Assembly: GCA_016180105.1 (NCBI GenBank)
Contig: JACPBZ010000006.1
Location: forward strand, 1 to 58,567
Source of the DNA: Candidatus Woesearchaeota archaeon
GTDB lineage: Archaea > Nanobdellota > Nanobdellia > Woesearchaeales > UBA10216
Direction: 5' to 3'
Length of the DNA: 58,567 nucleotides
Part shown: piece after piece, positions 27,685 through 37,923 of the stretch
How positions within the stretch are numbered: the first letter of the stretch is position 1
How the letters are laid out: each line of letters opens with the position of its first letter
The notes under the pieces: model-generated
The model's database searches: none
Told to the model about the DNA's origin: nothing
The model's input: only the letters and a program-made list of their open reading frames with translations
Made by a program: the position numbers and the translations under genes

Positions 27685-28975
27685 ACTGCGACCTCCCAGC
27701 AAGCTCTTCCTCAATCCTCAACAGACGGTTATACTTCGCAGTCCTTTCTGAACGGGCTGGAGCCCCAGCTTTAATCTGGCCGCAGCCAAGCGCGACAGCC
27801 AAGTCTGCAATGAAAGCATCCTCTGTCTCGCCAGAACGGTGAGACACCATAACACGCCACCCGCTGCCCATTGCAAGACTTGCGGCAGCAATTGCCTCTG
27901 ACAGCGTTCCTATCTGATTTACTTTCAGCAGGAGGCAGTTGCACGAATTACGCCTTGCAGCTTCCCTAATCCTGCCAACACTAGTAACGAGAAGGTCATC
28001 GCCAACAACCTGAACGTTCATCATTGCCAACTTTTTCGTAAGCTCCGCAAATGCTGAAAAAGAATCCTGCTCAAAGGGGTCCTCAACAGAGACTATCGGA
28101 AAATCCCTGGCGAGGCTGACATAATAATCAGCCAGCCCTTCTGCCGCAACGAACTTGCCCGACTCAAGCTCATATTTCCTTTCCTTGCCGCTGTAAAACT
28201 CTGATGCGGCCGCATCAAGTGCAAAGCTCACCTTGCCGTTGTAGCCTGAAGCTGCAACAGCAGACTCAAGAATTGACAGAGCCTCGTGCGCTGAGGAAAG
28301 CGGGGGGGCAAAGCCGCCCTCATCACCAACATTAATGGCCGCCTTCCCATATTTTTTCTGAAGCAGCAGCTTAAGCGTGTGGTACACTTCCGAGACAGCG
28401 GTTATTGCCTCCCTAAACGAATTAAAATCCAGGGGCACTATCATAAACTCCTGAATCTTGAGGCTGGTGCCGGCGTGCTTTCCCCCGTTTATCACATTGC
28501 AGAAAGGAATTGGCATCACAAACTTTTTACGGCTGCTTCTGCCTTCATTTGCCGTTGCCGAAACCAACTGTGCAAGGCAGCTGTAAAGGGGCTTTCTTGA
28601 TGCGATAGCTGCCGCCCTTGAAGATGCAAGGCTCACGGCAAGGATTGCATTTGCGCCGAGAAGGCTCTTGCTCCCAGAGCCATCAAGCCGTATCATCAAG
28701 TCATCGAGAAAACCCTGCCTACTGCAGTCAATGCCTGAAAGCTTTTTCGAAAGAACAGAGTTAATATTGTCAACAGCAGACAATACGCCAAGGCCGTGAA
28801 AGCGCCTGCCGCCATCGCGGAGCTCGTGAGCCTCGTGCTTCCCGGTAGAGGCGCCAGAGGGAACTGCAGCCCTGCCAACAATGCCGCCGTGCAAAACGAC
28901 GTCGCACTCGACAGTGGGATTCCCCCTGCTGTCCAAAATCTCCCTAGCAAGCACCTTTTTTATCTTGAACGACAT
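27671..28975 (-). CDS. eno: Enolase
   Basis: AREILDSRGNPTVE, SGETED and KYNRLLRIEEEL. ATG 28975 (MSFKIKKV) is preferred over the track start at 29044. Confidence 0.96.
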   Translation of the reverse strand: MSFKIKKVLAREILDSRGNPTVECDVVLHGGIVGRAAVPSGASTGKHEAHELRDGGRRFHGLGVLSAVDNINSVLSKKLSGIDCSRQGFLDDLMIRLDGSGSKSLLGANAILAVSLASSRAAAIASRKPLYSCLAQLVSATANEGRSSRKKFVMPIPFCNVINGGKHAGTSLKIQEFMIVPLDFNSFREAITAVSEVYHTLKLLLQKKYGKAAINVGDEGGFAPPLSSAHEALSILESAVAASGYNGKVSFALDAAASEFYSGKERKYELESGKFVAAEGLADYYVSLARDFPIVSVEDPFEQDSFSAFAELTKKLAMMNVQVVGDDLLVTSVGRIREAARRNSCNCLLLKVNQIGTLSEAIAAASLAMGSGWRVMVSHRSGETEDAFIADLAVALGCGQIKAGAPARSERTAKYNRLLRIEEELAGRSQYGTL

Positions 28976-29036
28976 AAGAGCACTTTGCGGAAAACAATAT
29001 ATAAGTTTTACGCCACTGCTTCTTTCGGCTGCGGAT

Positions 29037-29834
29037 TTAGCCAATATAATTTACGTCCTCGCCAGGCATAGTCTTCTTAATGCCCCGAAGCGCCTTGGGC
29101 AATTCGGCAGGGCCTGCAAGCCTGTCAGCGGCCTCCTGCTCCATCTCGCGAATTTCAGCATCAAGCTCCTTGATGTTTATGCCAAGGGCCAACTTGTCAT
29201 TAAGAATCGAGACGACTTCCCTCGCCCCGCGAATGCCCAAATACATCGGATGGGAGAATGTTTCTGCCAGGAATGAGACAGCAGGCAATTTCCTTGCCTT
29301 GGAAAGGCCCAAAAGGATTCCAGTAACGCCTATTATGGGGCCGACAACGCCATAAAGGCTTGGCTCCACGTTGACCATCTTATAACTCGCAACTACTTCC
29401 TTTGAAGTGCCAGTGCAGTAAACCTTGGGCTTCTTTGGAACAGCCGGAAGGCCAATTCCCCCAATAGTTATCACCAGGCTCCCGCCAAGCTTTGCAAAGT
29501 AATCAAGAACTGTGTCGGAAAAAGAATAGCAAGACTGCTCATTCACCGGCTGGACATCACCAGCAAGGAAAAGAATGTCAGGCCTCTTGCCAGCGCCTTT
29601 CTTCAGGTAAAGCGCAATCGTCGGAAGCTCAACAAGGTTTTCCTCGGTCACAAAAACAGAGTGCGGAAGATTATATGAAAAGAACTCGCAAAGCTTCTCA
29701 GCACCAAGCTCCTCAACCATAAAATCAACGGCAACCTTGCCGACATTGCCAATCCCCGGAAGGCCTGCAATCAGGACAGGCTTCGCAAGCTTAGGCATTA
29801 TTTTCTGCGTTGGCTTAATAGTCCAGTCTGGCAT
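29037..29834 (-). CDS. PAC2-family proteasome assembly chaperone-like protein
   Basis: PVLIAGLPGIGNVGKVAVDFMVEEL is the typical PAC2/COG1938 N-terminus. Sits in the conserved position next to nop10. Confidence 0.8.
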   Translation of the reverse strand: MPDWTIKPTQKIMPKLAKPVLIAGLPGIGNVGKVAVDFMVEELGAEKLCEFFSYNLPHSVFVTEENLVELPTIALYLKKGAGKRPDILFLAGDVQPVNEQSCYSFSDTVLDYFAKLGGSLVITIGGIGLPAVPKKPKVYCTGTSKEVVASYKMVNVEPSLYGVVGPIIGVTGILLGLSKARKLPAVSFLAETFSHPMYLGIRGAREVVSILNDKLALGINIKELDAEIREMEQEAADRLAGPAELPKALRGIKKTMPGEDVNYIG

Positions 29835-29837
29835 TCC

Positions 29838-30020
29838 TCACAACCATCCCTTCTGCTTTAACATTGGCTCTTTTGCCTTTCTCCGATAAGAGGCATAGTG
29901 GTCATCCGGGCTGTACCTCATTGGCTTTGGAATCACGGTCCTTGAGCCGCACTTGGAACAGGCCTCCTTCATCGTGTAAGACCTGCACTCCTGGCAAAAC
30001 ATAATCTGCCTCATTTTCAA
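29838..30020 (-). CDS. nop10: H/ACA RNP protein Nop10
   Basis: CQECRSYTMKEACSKCGSRTVIPKPMRYSPDD. Confidence 0.92.
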   Translation of the reverse strand: MKMRQIMFCQECRSYTMKEACSKCGSRTVIPKPMRYSPDDHYASYRRKAKEPMLKQKGWL

Positions 30021-30778
30021 GACCTGGCAAAGCTGCCTTCGCCACCCTTCGACTCGATGAATTCCAAGGCAGACGATGCCGCCTTGCTTATTGACTGCTC
30101 TGCAGACTTGTAATTCTCCGCGGTAAGCTTCAGCAAGTATGTGCCCGCTCCCAAATACGAAACACTAACGCCACTCTTGGCTGCCTGCTCAAGCGCCTGC
30201 CTGACAACAGAGACACCATCAGGGTCATAGCTGACCAGGGAAAGCTTGCCCTTCACTTCAACAACCGGCGGCTTGATTCTCGAAATTACTGCCTCGTTAA
30301 GCTTTTCGGAAATATTCCTTGAAACACCCAAGTCTGACACATCGCCCTTGGCAATTGCCGTAAAAGCCTCAAAGACAGAGGAAAACTTGTCAACGATTTT
30401 TTCCGAAATCTGCACGTACAAGTCCTCGGAAGGCATACCAAGCTGCTTAGCCACCAGCTCAACAATCTTCTCAGCCTTCTGCTCCTGCTTTACCTCATTA
30501 ATTTTGGCACGGCGCTGGCCCTCAGTCACCCTCCTAAGAGAGAGGTCAATGTGACCGCGCTCCTTATTCACACCGATGACCTTGCAGACAATGGGCTTGT
30601 TCTCAACAACGAAATCGCGAATGTTCCTTATCCTGCCGGGCGCAACTTCAGAAATGTGAATCATTCCCGAGAGGCCATATTCCTCAAGCTTGACAAAAAC
30701 AGAATGACTCTGGACACTGGTCACAGTACAGAAAAGAAGCTCATCATCTTCAGGAAAACCCTTTCTTTTCAGAAGCAT
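30017..30778 (-). CDS. eif2a: Translation initiation factor aIF2 alpha
   Basis: N-terminal S1 domain (GMIHISEVAPGRIRNIRDFV), then a helical domain and a C-terminal domain. Confidence 0.93.
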   Translation of the reverse strand: MLLKRKGFPEDDELLFCTVTSVQSHSVFVKLEEYGLSGMIHISEVAPGRIRNIRDFVVENKPIVCKVIGVNKERGHIDLSLRRVTEGQRRAKINEVKQEQKAEKIVELVAKQLGMPSEDLYVQISEKIVDKFSSVFEAFTAIAKGDVSDLGVSRNISEKLNEAVISRIKPPVVEVKGKLSLVSYDPDGVSVVRQALEQAAKSGVSVSYLGAGTYLLKLTAENYKSAEQSISKAASSALEFIESKGGEGSFARS

Positions 30779-30787
30779 TGTTGCCCC

Positions 30788-30973
30788 CTAATCCAAAACT
30801 TCCAGCACCCTTGCCCTAAGCCTGGACTTACCCCCAGTAGGGTCGGCAAGAGGCTTGCTGCACACAAGGCAAGTGACTGCAGAGGAAACCTTTCCGTAGA
30901 TAATCTGCTCATTCTTGCACTTAGGGCAGCGAACCTTGACAAATTTCGAAGTTGGCTCCAAGATCTTGACCAT
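30788..30973 (-). CDS. rps27e: Ribosomal protein eS27
   Basis: KVRCPKCKNEQIIYGKVSSAVTCLVCSKPLA, a C4 zinc ribbon. Confidence 0.93.
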   Translation of the reverse strand: MVKILEPTSKFVKVRCPKCKNEQIIYGKVSSAVTCLVCSKPLADPTGGKSRLRARVLEVLD

Positions 30974-31031
30974 TGAAAAATCACCCTTCGACGGGAAAAC
31001 AAGGGCAATTTAAAAAGTTATCTAAGAAGCC

Positions 31032-31340
31032 CTACTCAAACTCAACCTTCTTGATGCGAAGGCCTTCCCTTTGAGTGTGAGTCTTGCCGCACACAGTGCA
31101 CTGATAGCGAAGGTCCGTCTTCTTCGTCTGCTTCTTGCCAGTCATCTTCCACTGGGTAACCGGGGGCTTGCTGTACCTTCCAAGGTTGCCAGTGCCCATT
31201 GCCCTGCCCCTCCTCTTGGCGCGAACCTTCGAGCCATATTTCAGGGCACTTGGAGCCTTCTTCTTCGCAAGAAAAACCTTATGCTCACTATGCTTCCTGC
31301 ACGTAGGGCAGAAACGCTTCACAGTCTTAGGGAATTTCAT
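31032..31340 (-). CDS. rpl44e: Ribosomal protein eL42 (L44e)
   Basis: RFCPTCRKHSEHKV ... YQCTVCGKTH. Confidence 0.93.
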   Translation of the reverse strand: MKFPKTVKRFCPTCRKHSEHKVFLAKKKAPSALKYGSKVRAKRRGRAMGTGNLGRYSKPPVTQWKMTGKKQTKKTDLRYQCTVCGKTHTQREGLRIKKVEFE

Positions 31341-31375
31341 TTCAACGCTGAGGACAAACAGGGTATTTAAAAAGG

Positions 31376-32230
31376 TTACCCTTCAGCGACTGGCAGCCCT
31401 ATGCAACCATAAGTTTGGATAATTTGCCGGGTAATGTTGTATCGCCTGCCACTGAGAAAATCATCAACAAGCGCCGTATCGGTAAAATAGCGAGCCAGGC
31501 CTGCTGCCCCTGCACGAAGCTCCACGATGCGAGCATTTGCCAAACCGGGCATCTCCTGTCCCAGGGGCAATTTCAGGGAACTGGCCCTTTCAGAAACCTT
31601 CACGACACTGCCATAGTCCCTCAAAGCCTCGCCCCATAACCTCACTCCCTGAAGCACGGCAGCGATGTCCACAGGGGCATCACGCTCAGCCTCCCTGATA
31701 AGACCGAGGCCCCTGTTATGGGCATCGGATGCCAAAAGCGTGAGCACGTAAGCCCATTGAGGAAAAAGCCTTTCCTGCCAGAATGACAAGCTGCCAAGCC
31801 TTGAAGGCACAGGCGATTCTGCACATAGCCCAAAGTAATAATCAGCAAGATTGAAATCCTCGCGAGAATTCACCAGATTCCTCCTTCCAGTGCCACCAGG
31901 CACAAACATTCCAGAAGTTATATCATACTCAGGCACGCCAAGCACCCTGAACACAGAGCCCCTGAGATGATATGCTGCACCTATCCTGAAGTTGGCATCC
32001 TGCAGCATTTCCTGAAGCTTCCGAGAGTCACCAGATCGCTCCTCCTGCAACAGGCCAATACTGCCTTTTGCCTCAACGCACAGGTCCACAGCATTATGGG
32101 TGGCTGATTTGGCCTGCCCCAAAAGAGCAGGATCACTACCACCCGCAGCAGCCAATGACTTTGCAGCAGCAAGAATTTCAGCCTCTGCCTTTGCAAGGAA
32201 CTCCCCTATTTGGGAAACAGCAACAACCAT
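31376..32230 (-). CDS. Hypothetical protein (A/G/L-rich); no family recognised
   Basis: 284-aa ORF heading the co-directional L44e string. No motif I can name. Confidence 0.5.
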   Translation of the reverse strand: MVVAVSQIGEFLAKAEAEILAAAKSLAAAGGSDPALLGQAKSATHNAVDLCVEAKGSIGLLQEERSGDSRKLQEMLQDANFRIGAAYHLRGSVFRVLGVPEYDITSGMFVPGGTGRRNLVNSREDFNLADYYFGLCAESPVPSRLGSLSFWQERLFPQWAYVLTLLASDAHNRGLGLIREAERDAPVDIAAVLQGVRLWGEALRDYGSVVKVSERASSLKLPLGQEMPGLANARIVELRAGAAGLARYFTDTALVDDFLSGRRYNITRQIIQTYGCIGLPVAEG

Positions 32231-32332
32231 CAGTTAAGGAAGGGACAGGGAATATTTAAACGATTCCCCTTGCGGAAAGCTGTGCCGAGAACACGCTAAA
32301 AACCTTTATATACCTCGCCAGCCAGCAGGAGT

Positions 32333-33061
32333 TTGGTGTTGGGGATGGAAAGTAAAGCGCAGGAGTCAGAGCAGTACGGCAGGATAAACATAACCTACGA
32401 GGCATTGTTTGACTTAGTGGTAAGGGAAAAATCCAGGGACGACTTGCAGGCGCTCAGTGCGAATTTCTTTACTGAACTTGTCAACTATCTCAATGAAAAG
32501 CGAAGCGCCCTTGAAATACTGGGCATTGACGAAAAGGAAAAAGCCTCAAGGCAGCTCCAGAACATAAACAGGCTCATAAAGGAGCTTTACGAGAGAAGGG
32601 AGAAGAAAATAATAAGCCTGGCATTGGCAAGGTCCAGGGCGGGGGTGGACATCATAGACACTTCAACCCTCCTAAGCGAAGAGAAAAGCCTCTTCGACGG
32701 GACGGTAAGGCAGCTGGACTTCTACAGGGAAAATGTCCTCAATAGCCTGCTTTCAGCCAAGGTGCCGAAGACAATCCAGCAGACAGGCGCTGAAACCCTG
32801 GCCGCAGCATCAAGAATAATCACGGACGCGCCAATAAGCGCGATAGGCGGAGTCAATCAGGCCACTGCGGCCGCAGAGGAACAGGGCAAAACAGAAAACG
32901 CAACACGACTAGTGAGGTTCCTGCACGCAGTGCCGAGGTTCGTTGGCAGCGAGCTGGAAATCTACGGCCCATTCGACCAGGAGGATATCGCGAATCTGCC
33001 AAGGGAAATTGCCGCGGTCCTGATAACAAAAGGAAGGGCTGAGGAAATAGCCAAGGCTTAG
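32333..33061 (+). CDS. GINS subunit (Gins51/Gins15-like)
   Basis: YEALFDLVVREKSRDDLQALSANFFTELVNYL and RLIKELYERREKKIISLA match the A domain. C-terminal VRFLHAVPRFVGSELEIYGPFDQEDIANLPREIAAVLITKGRAEEI matches the B domain. ATG 32345 is the likely start. Confidence 0.65.
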   Translation: MVLGMESKAQESEQYGRINITYEALFDLVVREKSRDDLQALSANFFTELVNYLNEKRSALEILGIDEKEKASRQLQNINRLIKELYERREKKIISLALARSRAGVDIIDTSTLLSEEKSLFDGTVRQLDFYRENVLNSLLSAKVPKTIQQTGAETLAAASRIITDAPISAIGGVNQATAAAEEQGKTENATRLVRFLHAVPRFVGSELEIYGPFDQEDIANLPREIAAVLITKGRAEEIAKA

Positions 33062-33064
33062 CTG

Positions 33065-33280
33065 ATGAGTGAAATGACAATTCGCGAAATAGTTAATAGT
33101 GGTGGTGAAAAGATAATTGTCCATAATCTGGGGAAAAACCCAGAGCCTGATGGAAGAAACATTGCAATTCGGGAAGCATACAAAGAATGGGATAATAAAA
33201 AAAGACGAAATAGACTGTTTCTCGTAAGCTTTACCATAGCAGCCATTATTATCCTAGTGACGATTGTTAAAAGCCAATAA
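33065..33280 (+). CDS. Small C-terminally anchored membrane protein, hypothetical
   Basis: 71 aa. Charged N-terminal part, then the LFLVSFTIAAIIILVTIV TM helix at the C-terminus. Confidence 0.4.
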   Translation: MSEMTIREIVNSGGEKIIVHNLGKNPEPDGRNIAIREAYKEWDNKKRRNRLFLVSFTIAAIIILVTIVKSQ

Positions 33281-33286
33281 AAAAGC

Positions 33287-34555
33287 TTGTTAAAGGAAAG
33301 ATTAATAACGTTTTCTTATCCACCAGGCAATATGGCGAAGCTTACATTCCAGGACCTGGCATTCAGGAAGAAAAACGGCACAATGCTGGTCGAATTCCTT
33401 GGCAATTACCAGTTTGAGGTTGAGGAAGCTGCACTAAAAAGAATTGGCAGGCATAGCTTAAGCGAGCACGAACTGACATTCCCCGGCGTTGCCGAAGATG
33501 CCGCCAAGAACGCCTTCAACGAAATCCTGAACCAGGGGCTGGCAAACCTGACGAACACGGTAACGAAAAAGAAAACGCTTTACATACACCACTACTCAGG
33601 AATACCGCTCATAGGCACAACCAGCTTTGGCATAATTGACAGGAACACCAACATGATTGAAGTAAGGCCGCTTACCGGCTGCAACATGAACTGCGTATTC
33701 TGCTCAGTCGATGAAGGGCTGGCATCAAAGAAAACAAGCGAGGTGCTGATTGAAGAGGAATACCTTGCCGCAGAGGTCAGGAAACTGGTCGAGTTCAAGG
33801 GCTGCGACTGCCACATAATAATCAACTCCCAAGGAGAACCAACGCTGTACAAGCCGCTGCCACAGCTCATAAGGGACCTTCATTCAATCCAGTCAATCAG
33901 GACAATAACCCTGATCACGAATGGAACATACTTAAACGAGAAGCTCATAGACGAATTTGCATCCGCAGGGCTGACAAACCTGAACATATCGCTAAACGCC
34001 ATAGACCCAAAAACGGCAAAGATAATGGAAGGGCACGGCCTTTACGATGTTGAAAAGGTCAAGAAAATAGCTGCATACGCAGCAGGTACAACGATAAAAG
34101 TAACCCTCGCACCGGTGATTGTCGGAGGATACAACGAAGCGGAAATGGGAAAGATAGTCGCGTTTGCAAAGGAGATTGGAGCTGCAACGGCAATGCAAAA
34201 TTACCTATTCTACAAAAGGGGCAGAAATCCAAGAAATACCCAGCAAATATCCTGGCCCGAATTCTACACGAAACTGCAAGAGCTGGAAGGGAAATACGGC
34301 TCAAAGCTAATATTCTCGGCAGCAGACTACAAAATAATCAAGACCAAAGCCCTGCCAAAGCCATTCAGGAAAGGGCAAACAGCAAGCGCCAACATAATAG
34401 CCGAAGGAAGATATCCCGGCGAGTACATCGCCGCTGCTGCCGGAAGAATAATAACCCTGCCGGATTGCGAGAAAAGCCACAACGGAGGCGAGAAAGCCAA
34501 AATCAGGATACTGAGCGACAAGCACAACATATTTTACGGAAAAGCGGTTGGGTGA
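33287..34555 (+). CDS. Radical SAM protein (COG2100-like)
   Basis: CNMNCVFCS is a CxxxCxxC cluster. About 410 aa. ATG 33332 is the likely start. Confidence 0.8.
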   Translation: MLKERLITFSYPPGNMAKLTFQDLAFRKKNGTMLVEFLGNYQFEVEEAALKRIGRHSLSEHELTFPGVAEDAAKNAFNEILNQGLANLTNTVTKKKTLYIHHYSGIPLIGTTSFGIIDRNTNMIEVRPLTGCNMNCVFCSVDEGLASKKTSEVLIEEEYLAAEVRKLVEFKGCDCHIIINSQGEPTLYKPLPQLIRDLHSIQSIRTITLITNGTYLNEKLIDEFASAGLTNLNISLNAIDPKTAKIMEGHGLYDVEKVKKIAAYAAGTTIKVTLAPVIVGGYNEAEMGKIVAFAKEIGAATAMQNYLFYKRGRNPRNTQQISWPEFYTKLQELEGKYGSKLIFSAADYKIIKTKALPKPFRKGQTASANIIAEGRYPGEYIAAAAGRIITLPDCEKSHNGGEKAKIRILSDKHNIFYGKAVG

Positions 34556-35974
34556 ATGAACAGCAAAATTGACAAGTCGTGGATACTATTCCTTGCAGCC
34601 GCCATAATATTCCTCACCATAAAAACCAATGCCGCAGGCTACGCAATCAGCGACGAGAACACCTACTACAAGATGGGCCAGCTTGTTGCGGACGGGCAAG
34701 TTCCCTACAAGGACTTCTTCTTCGCGCACACTCCGCTGCAGGTTTACCTTTATGCTGCAATTTTCAAGGCATTCGGATTCAACTTGCTGCTCCTGAAAAT
34801 GTTATCTGCTGTGGCGACAGTCATCACTGCAGCAATCATTTTTGCGATTGCAAAGGAAAAGCTTAACGCCCAAGCAGCCATTGCTGCGGCAGCAATTTTC
34901 CTGTTCTCATACGGGACTCTGCTCTTCTCGAACTTCCCCACAGGCGCCGAGTTATCGCTTCCATTCGCAACGGCAGGATTTCACTTTTTCCTGAAAAAAA
35001 AATTTTTCCTTGCAGGAGCACTCATCGGACTCGCGACTGCAACATACCAGCTAAGCGCGCTGGCTCTTGCCGTCCTGGCTACAGCAACCATCTTCCTGGC
35101 AAAAGACAAAAAAGGGCTTATGCAACTGACACTTGGCTTCCTTGCCGCAGTTGCAGCCACCGTTTCAATATTCCTGGTTCTGGCGAAAGGCGAATTCATA
35201 AGCCAAACAATCCTTTACCACATACAAAAGCCCTCTGAGGGAACTGACAAGGCAGCGCTGCTACTCAGGATACTAAAGACGAACGCCCTGCTGTTCATCA
35301 CGGCAGCAATCGCAATACTCACGAAACAGAGAGCCAAGACAACGGTTGCGTTTTCAGCAGCCATTGCGGCTGCGTACATTGCAATCTTCCCCCTTGCAAA
35401 AGCATCATTCAACTACTACGCGATTTATGCCCTGCCATTCCTTGCAGTCCTGTCTGCCCACGGCATCAACTCAACAACTCACTTCCTCTCTGAAAAAGCG
35501 AGGCTCACGAAAGCTATGTCCTTGCTGGTCGTTGCCGCGATAGTCCTGACCGGATCATTTTTTTCAATACAGCAGTTTGCAGGCTACAACGCGCAGGATT
35601 TTCCGGAAGCTGAAGAAATCGCGGAATTTGCCAAGAAAAACTCAACTCCAGAACAGACAATATTCGGCGACGACTCAACAGTGCCACTGATATCACTTCT
35701 ATCAGGAAGGGAGATAGCCTTGAATCACGCTGACAGCAACGTGATGAGATACAGGGCAGGGCAGCCACCGCTTGAGAGCACCCTGCAACAGCTGGAAGAA
35801 AAAGTCAGAAAAGGAGAACTGAAACTCGTGATACTGAGAAGGATTGATGCTGGCAGGGGAACATACGATTTCGGAATAGGAACTGAGAGGAAATTCCTGG
35901 AATTTGTCGACGAAAAATGCAAGCTGACAGCAACGTTTGGCCAGCACCACGTTTACGACTGCCTGAAAACGTAA
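34556..35974 (+). CDS. Polytopic GT-C-type glycosyltransferase (ArnT/PMT-like)
   Basis: First-loop acidic motif ISDENTYYKMG...VPYKDFFFAHTPL, about 11 TM helices, and a soluble C-terminal domain. Confidence 0.6.
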   Translation: MNSKIDKSWILFLAAAIIFLTIKTNAAGYAISDENTYYKMGQLVADGQVPYKDFFFAHTPLQVYLYAAIFKAFGFNLLLLKMLSAVATVITAAIIFAIAKEKLNAQAAIAAAAIFLFSYGTLLFSNFPTGAELSLPFATAGFHFFLKKKFFLAGALIGLATATYQLSALALAVLATATIFLAKDKKGLMQLTLGFLAAVAATVSIFLVLAKGEFISQTILYHIQKPSEGTDKAALLLRILKTNALLFITAAIAILTKQRAKTTVAFSAAIAAAYIAIFPLAKASFNYYAIYALPFLAVLSAHGINSTTHFLSEKARLTKAMSLLVVAAIVLTGSFFSIQQFAGYNAQDFPEAEEIAEFAKKNSTPEQTIFGDDSTVPLISLLSGREIALNHADSNVMRYRAGQPPLESTLQQLEEKVRKGELKLVILRRIDAGRGTYDFGIGTERKFLEFVDEKCKLTATFGQHHVYDCLKT

Positions 35975-37923
35975 GATTCCAGCCTTTTCGTGATGCCTGA
36001 CAGGGGCTTGACTAATGAAGGCCTCATCAGCAGCAAAATCGCGGCTGCAAATGAGACTACTGAGATTATCGCACCAGTGAGAAAAGATTTCGAGAAATAA
36101 GAGAAGGTCACTTCCTTGCCCAAGTCGTCCAGGGTGATGAGGGCAGCAAGCCTGCCCCTGTACGAGCCCGCGTCCCTCAAGAAGCCGTCAAAGCGCCAAT
36201 CCTTGTAATAGTTCTGGTTAATGACCAATGTCCTGGTGCCATTCTCAAAGCCCTCCAAGGCATTAGGAAGCCTGAGGGAGACCCTGTGCGGTGAAAAGTG
36301 CGTGAAATTAAAGGACTCATTTGTTTCCGCAATAAAGGCATTTGCGACAAAACCGGCATAAGGCTCACCGTCAATAAACTGCGGAACAGCCCTGGTCCTC
36401 AAATGAAGGCGCTCATAGCAGTTAAGGGTGCCTATGCCCTGGCGGAGATTGGTGTATTGGGCAAGGTGAGGTGCTGACGAAGCCATCTGAATGAAATCCG
36501 TTGTGCCAAGAAGGGTTGACTTGACCTCAAAAGGCTCAATCGGGAAGGCCGCGGCACGCTGGCCCGACATTTCAGGAAGAAGAGCACCCCTGGAAACAAG
36601 AAAAAGGTCAAGAGCCACGATAATGCACAACCCAACAATCAATCGCGATTTGAGCTGCTCATTTGGCAATTTAATGGAAGTCATTGCCCTTGCCGCCAGC
36701 AGCGCAATGAGAAACACAAAGACAATCATGAATCTCGAAGGGCCGTGAAGAGAACTGAAAAACGGAAGCTGCCTTATGAGCACCCAAGGGCCTGGAATGT
36801 AACTGCCAAGCGCAAGCAGGAGGAAAAACAGGGCTGCCATCACAAGCTTCCAGTTGGCCCGGAAAGCAAGCAAGGCCGCAAAGGCTGCGAGAATCACTGG
36901 AATTACCCCAACATAAGCAGAGTATTCGTGCCAGCCCCAAGGCAATCTTCCAGCAAGAGTATCAAGCTCCTTCTGCCTGCCCTCGGCAACGAGATCCCGG
37001 CCAGACTCAAGGTCATTCTCGGGAATTGACTGATCCCGCCAGAAAAGGGACTTCAAGACAATATTCGCGGAGGTAAGCTGCACGTCCTTCTCTGACTCAA
37101 CACCCTGAGTGAAATCAATCACGGGCACGAGCTTCACCGAGGACAAAAGAGCAGCCAGCAAAAGCACTGCAAACACAAGGGCAACAGGCGAAACCTTCCT
37201 CAGGCTCACGAAGTCAAAAAATGCAAACAGCAAAAGCAGCAGGACTGCAGCATAAAATGGGTAAATCCCTCCTGAAAAAAACATCACTGCCAAGGCAAGG
37301 GCGCAGAAAACAGCCCACCGCACCCTGCTCGCAAAGCTCGCCTTTACATCAGAAAAGCCAAGATATGAAAGGAAAACCACGGGAAGCAAAGCAAAGGGGA
37401 AAAAAGTAGTGTGGCCAACCAGGACTCGCGCAGGGAACCAGCTGCTGAACAGGAAAACGACTGCCGCAAAAACCGATGGGAAAGCTCTGCAGCCCAACTT
37501 CCTGGCAGCAAGAAAAGTGCCAAGAAGCCCAACGGCCAGGAAAACCAGCGCCTCAAGCTTAAGCCCGATGACTGGACCAAAGGCCATAACGAAAAGAAAA
37601 AAAGGCGAAAGAAATGAGCTTTGCGGATTTGCCAAAACTATGTTCCCGCCACAGTAATAGGGAGTCCAAAGCGGAAACTCGCCAAAAGCAGCCAGCGAAA
37701 CCCGGGCAGACTCCTGATAAAAGAAATGCTGGTCCCAATCATAAAGGCCAAGGTTACCCATATTCGAGAATATGGGCTGGAGAAAAACAAAAGCAGCCAA
37801 AAGGCAAACAGCAACAGCAGCCAAAACCTGAAGGAACCGCATGGGCAAAAGGGCTGAATAAACGTATAAAAAGTTTATGCGCCAAAGCGCGACAACAGGT
37901 AAGCGCAATGGCTTCCGCTGCAA
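35953..37923 (-). CDS. Large polytopic membrane protein (YfhO / GT-C-like), function unknown
   Basis: More than 12 predicted TM helices plus a C-terminal globular region and a final TM helix. The probable start is ATG 37842 (MRFLQVLAAV), which removes the overlap with the upstream gene. Confidence 0.55.
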   Translation of the reverse strand: MQRKPLRLPVVALWRINFLYVYSALLPMRFLQVLAAVAVCLLAAFVFLQPIFSNMGNLGLYDWDQHFFYQESARVSLAAFGEFPLWTPYYCGGNIVLANPQSSFLSPFFLFVMAFGPVIGLKLEALVFLAVGLLGTFLAARKLGCRAFPSVFAAVVFLFSSWFPARVLVGHTTFFPFALLPVVFLSYLGFSDVKASFASRVRWAVFCALALAVMFFSGGIYPFYAAVLLLLLFAFFDFVSLRKVSPVALVFAVLLLAALLSSVKLVPVIDFTQGVESEKDVQLTSANIVLKSLFWRDQSIPENDLESGRDLVAEGRQKELDTLAGRLPWGWHEYSAYVGVIPVILAAFAALLAFRANWKLVMAALFFLLLALGSYIPGPWVLIRQLPFFSSLHGPSRFMIVFVFLIALLAARAMTSIKLPNEQLKSRLIVGLCIIVALDLFLVSRGALLPEMSGQRAAAFPIEPFEVKSTLLGTTDFIQMASSAPHLAQYTNLRQGIGTLNCYERLHLRTRAVPQFIDGEPYAGFVANAFIAETNESFNFTHFSPHRVSLRLPNALEGFENGTRTLVINQNYYKDWRFDGFLRDAGSYRGRLAALITLDDLGKEVTFSYFSKSFLTGAIISVVSFAAAILLLMRPSLVKPLSGITKRLESYVFRQS

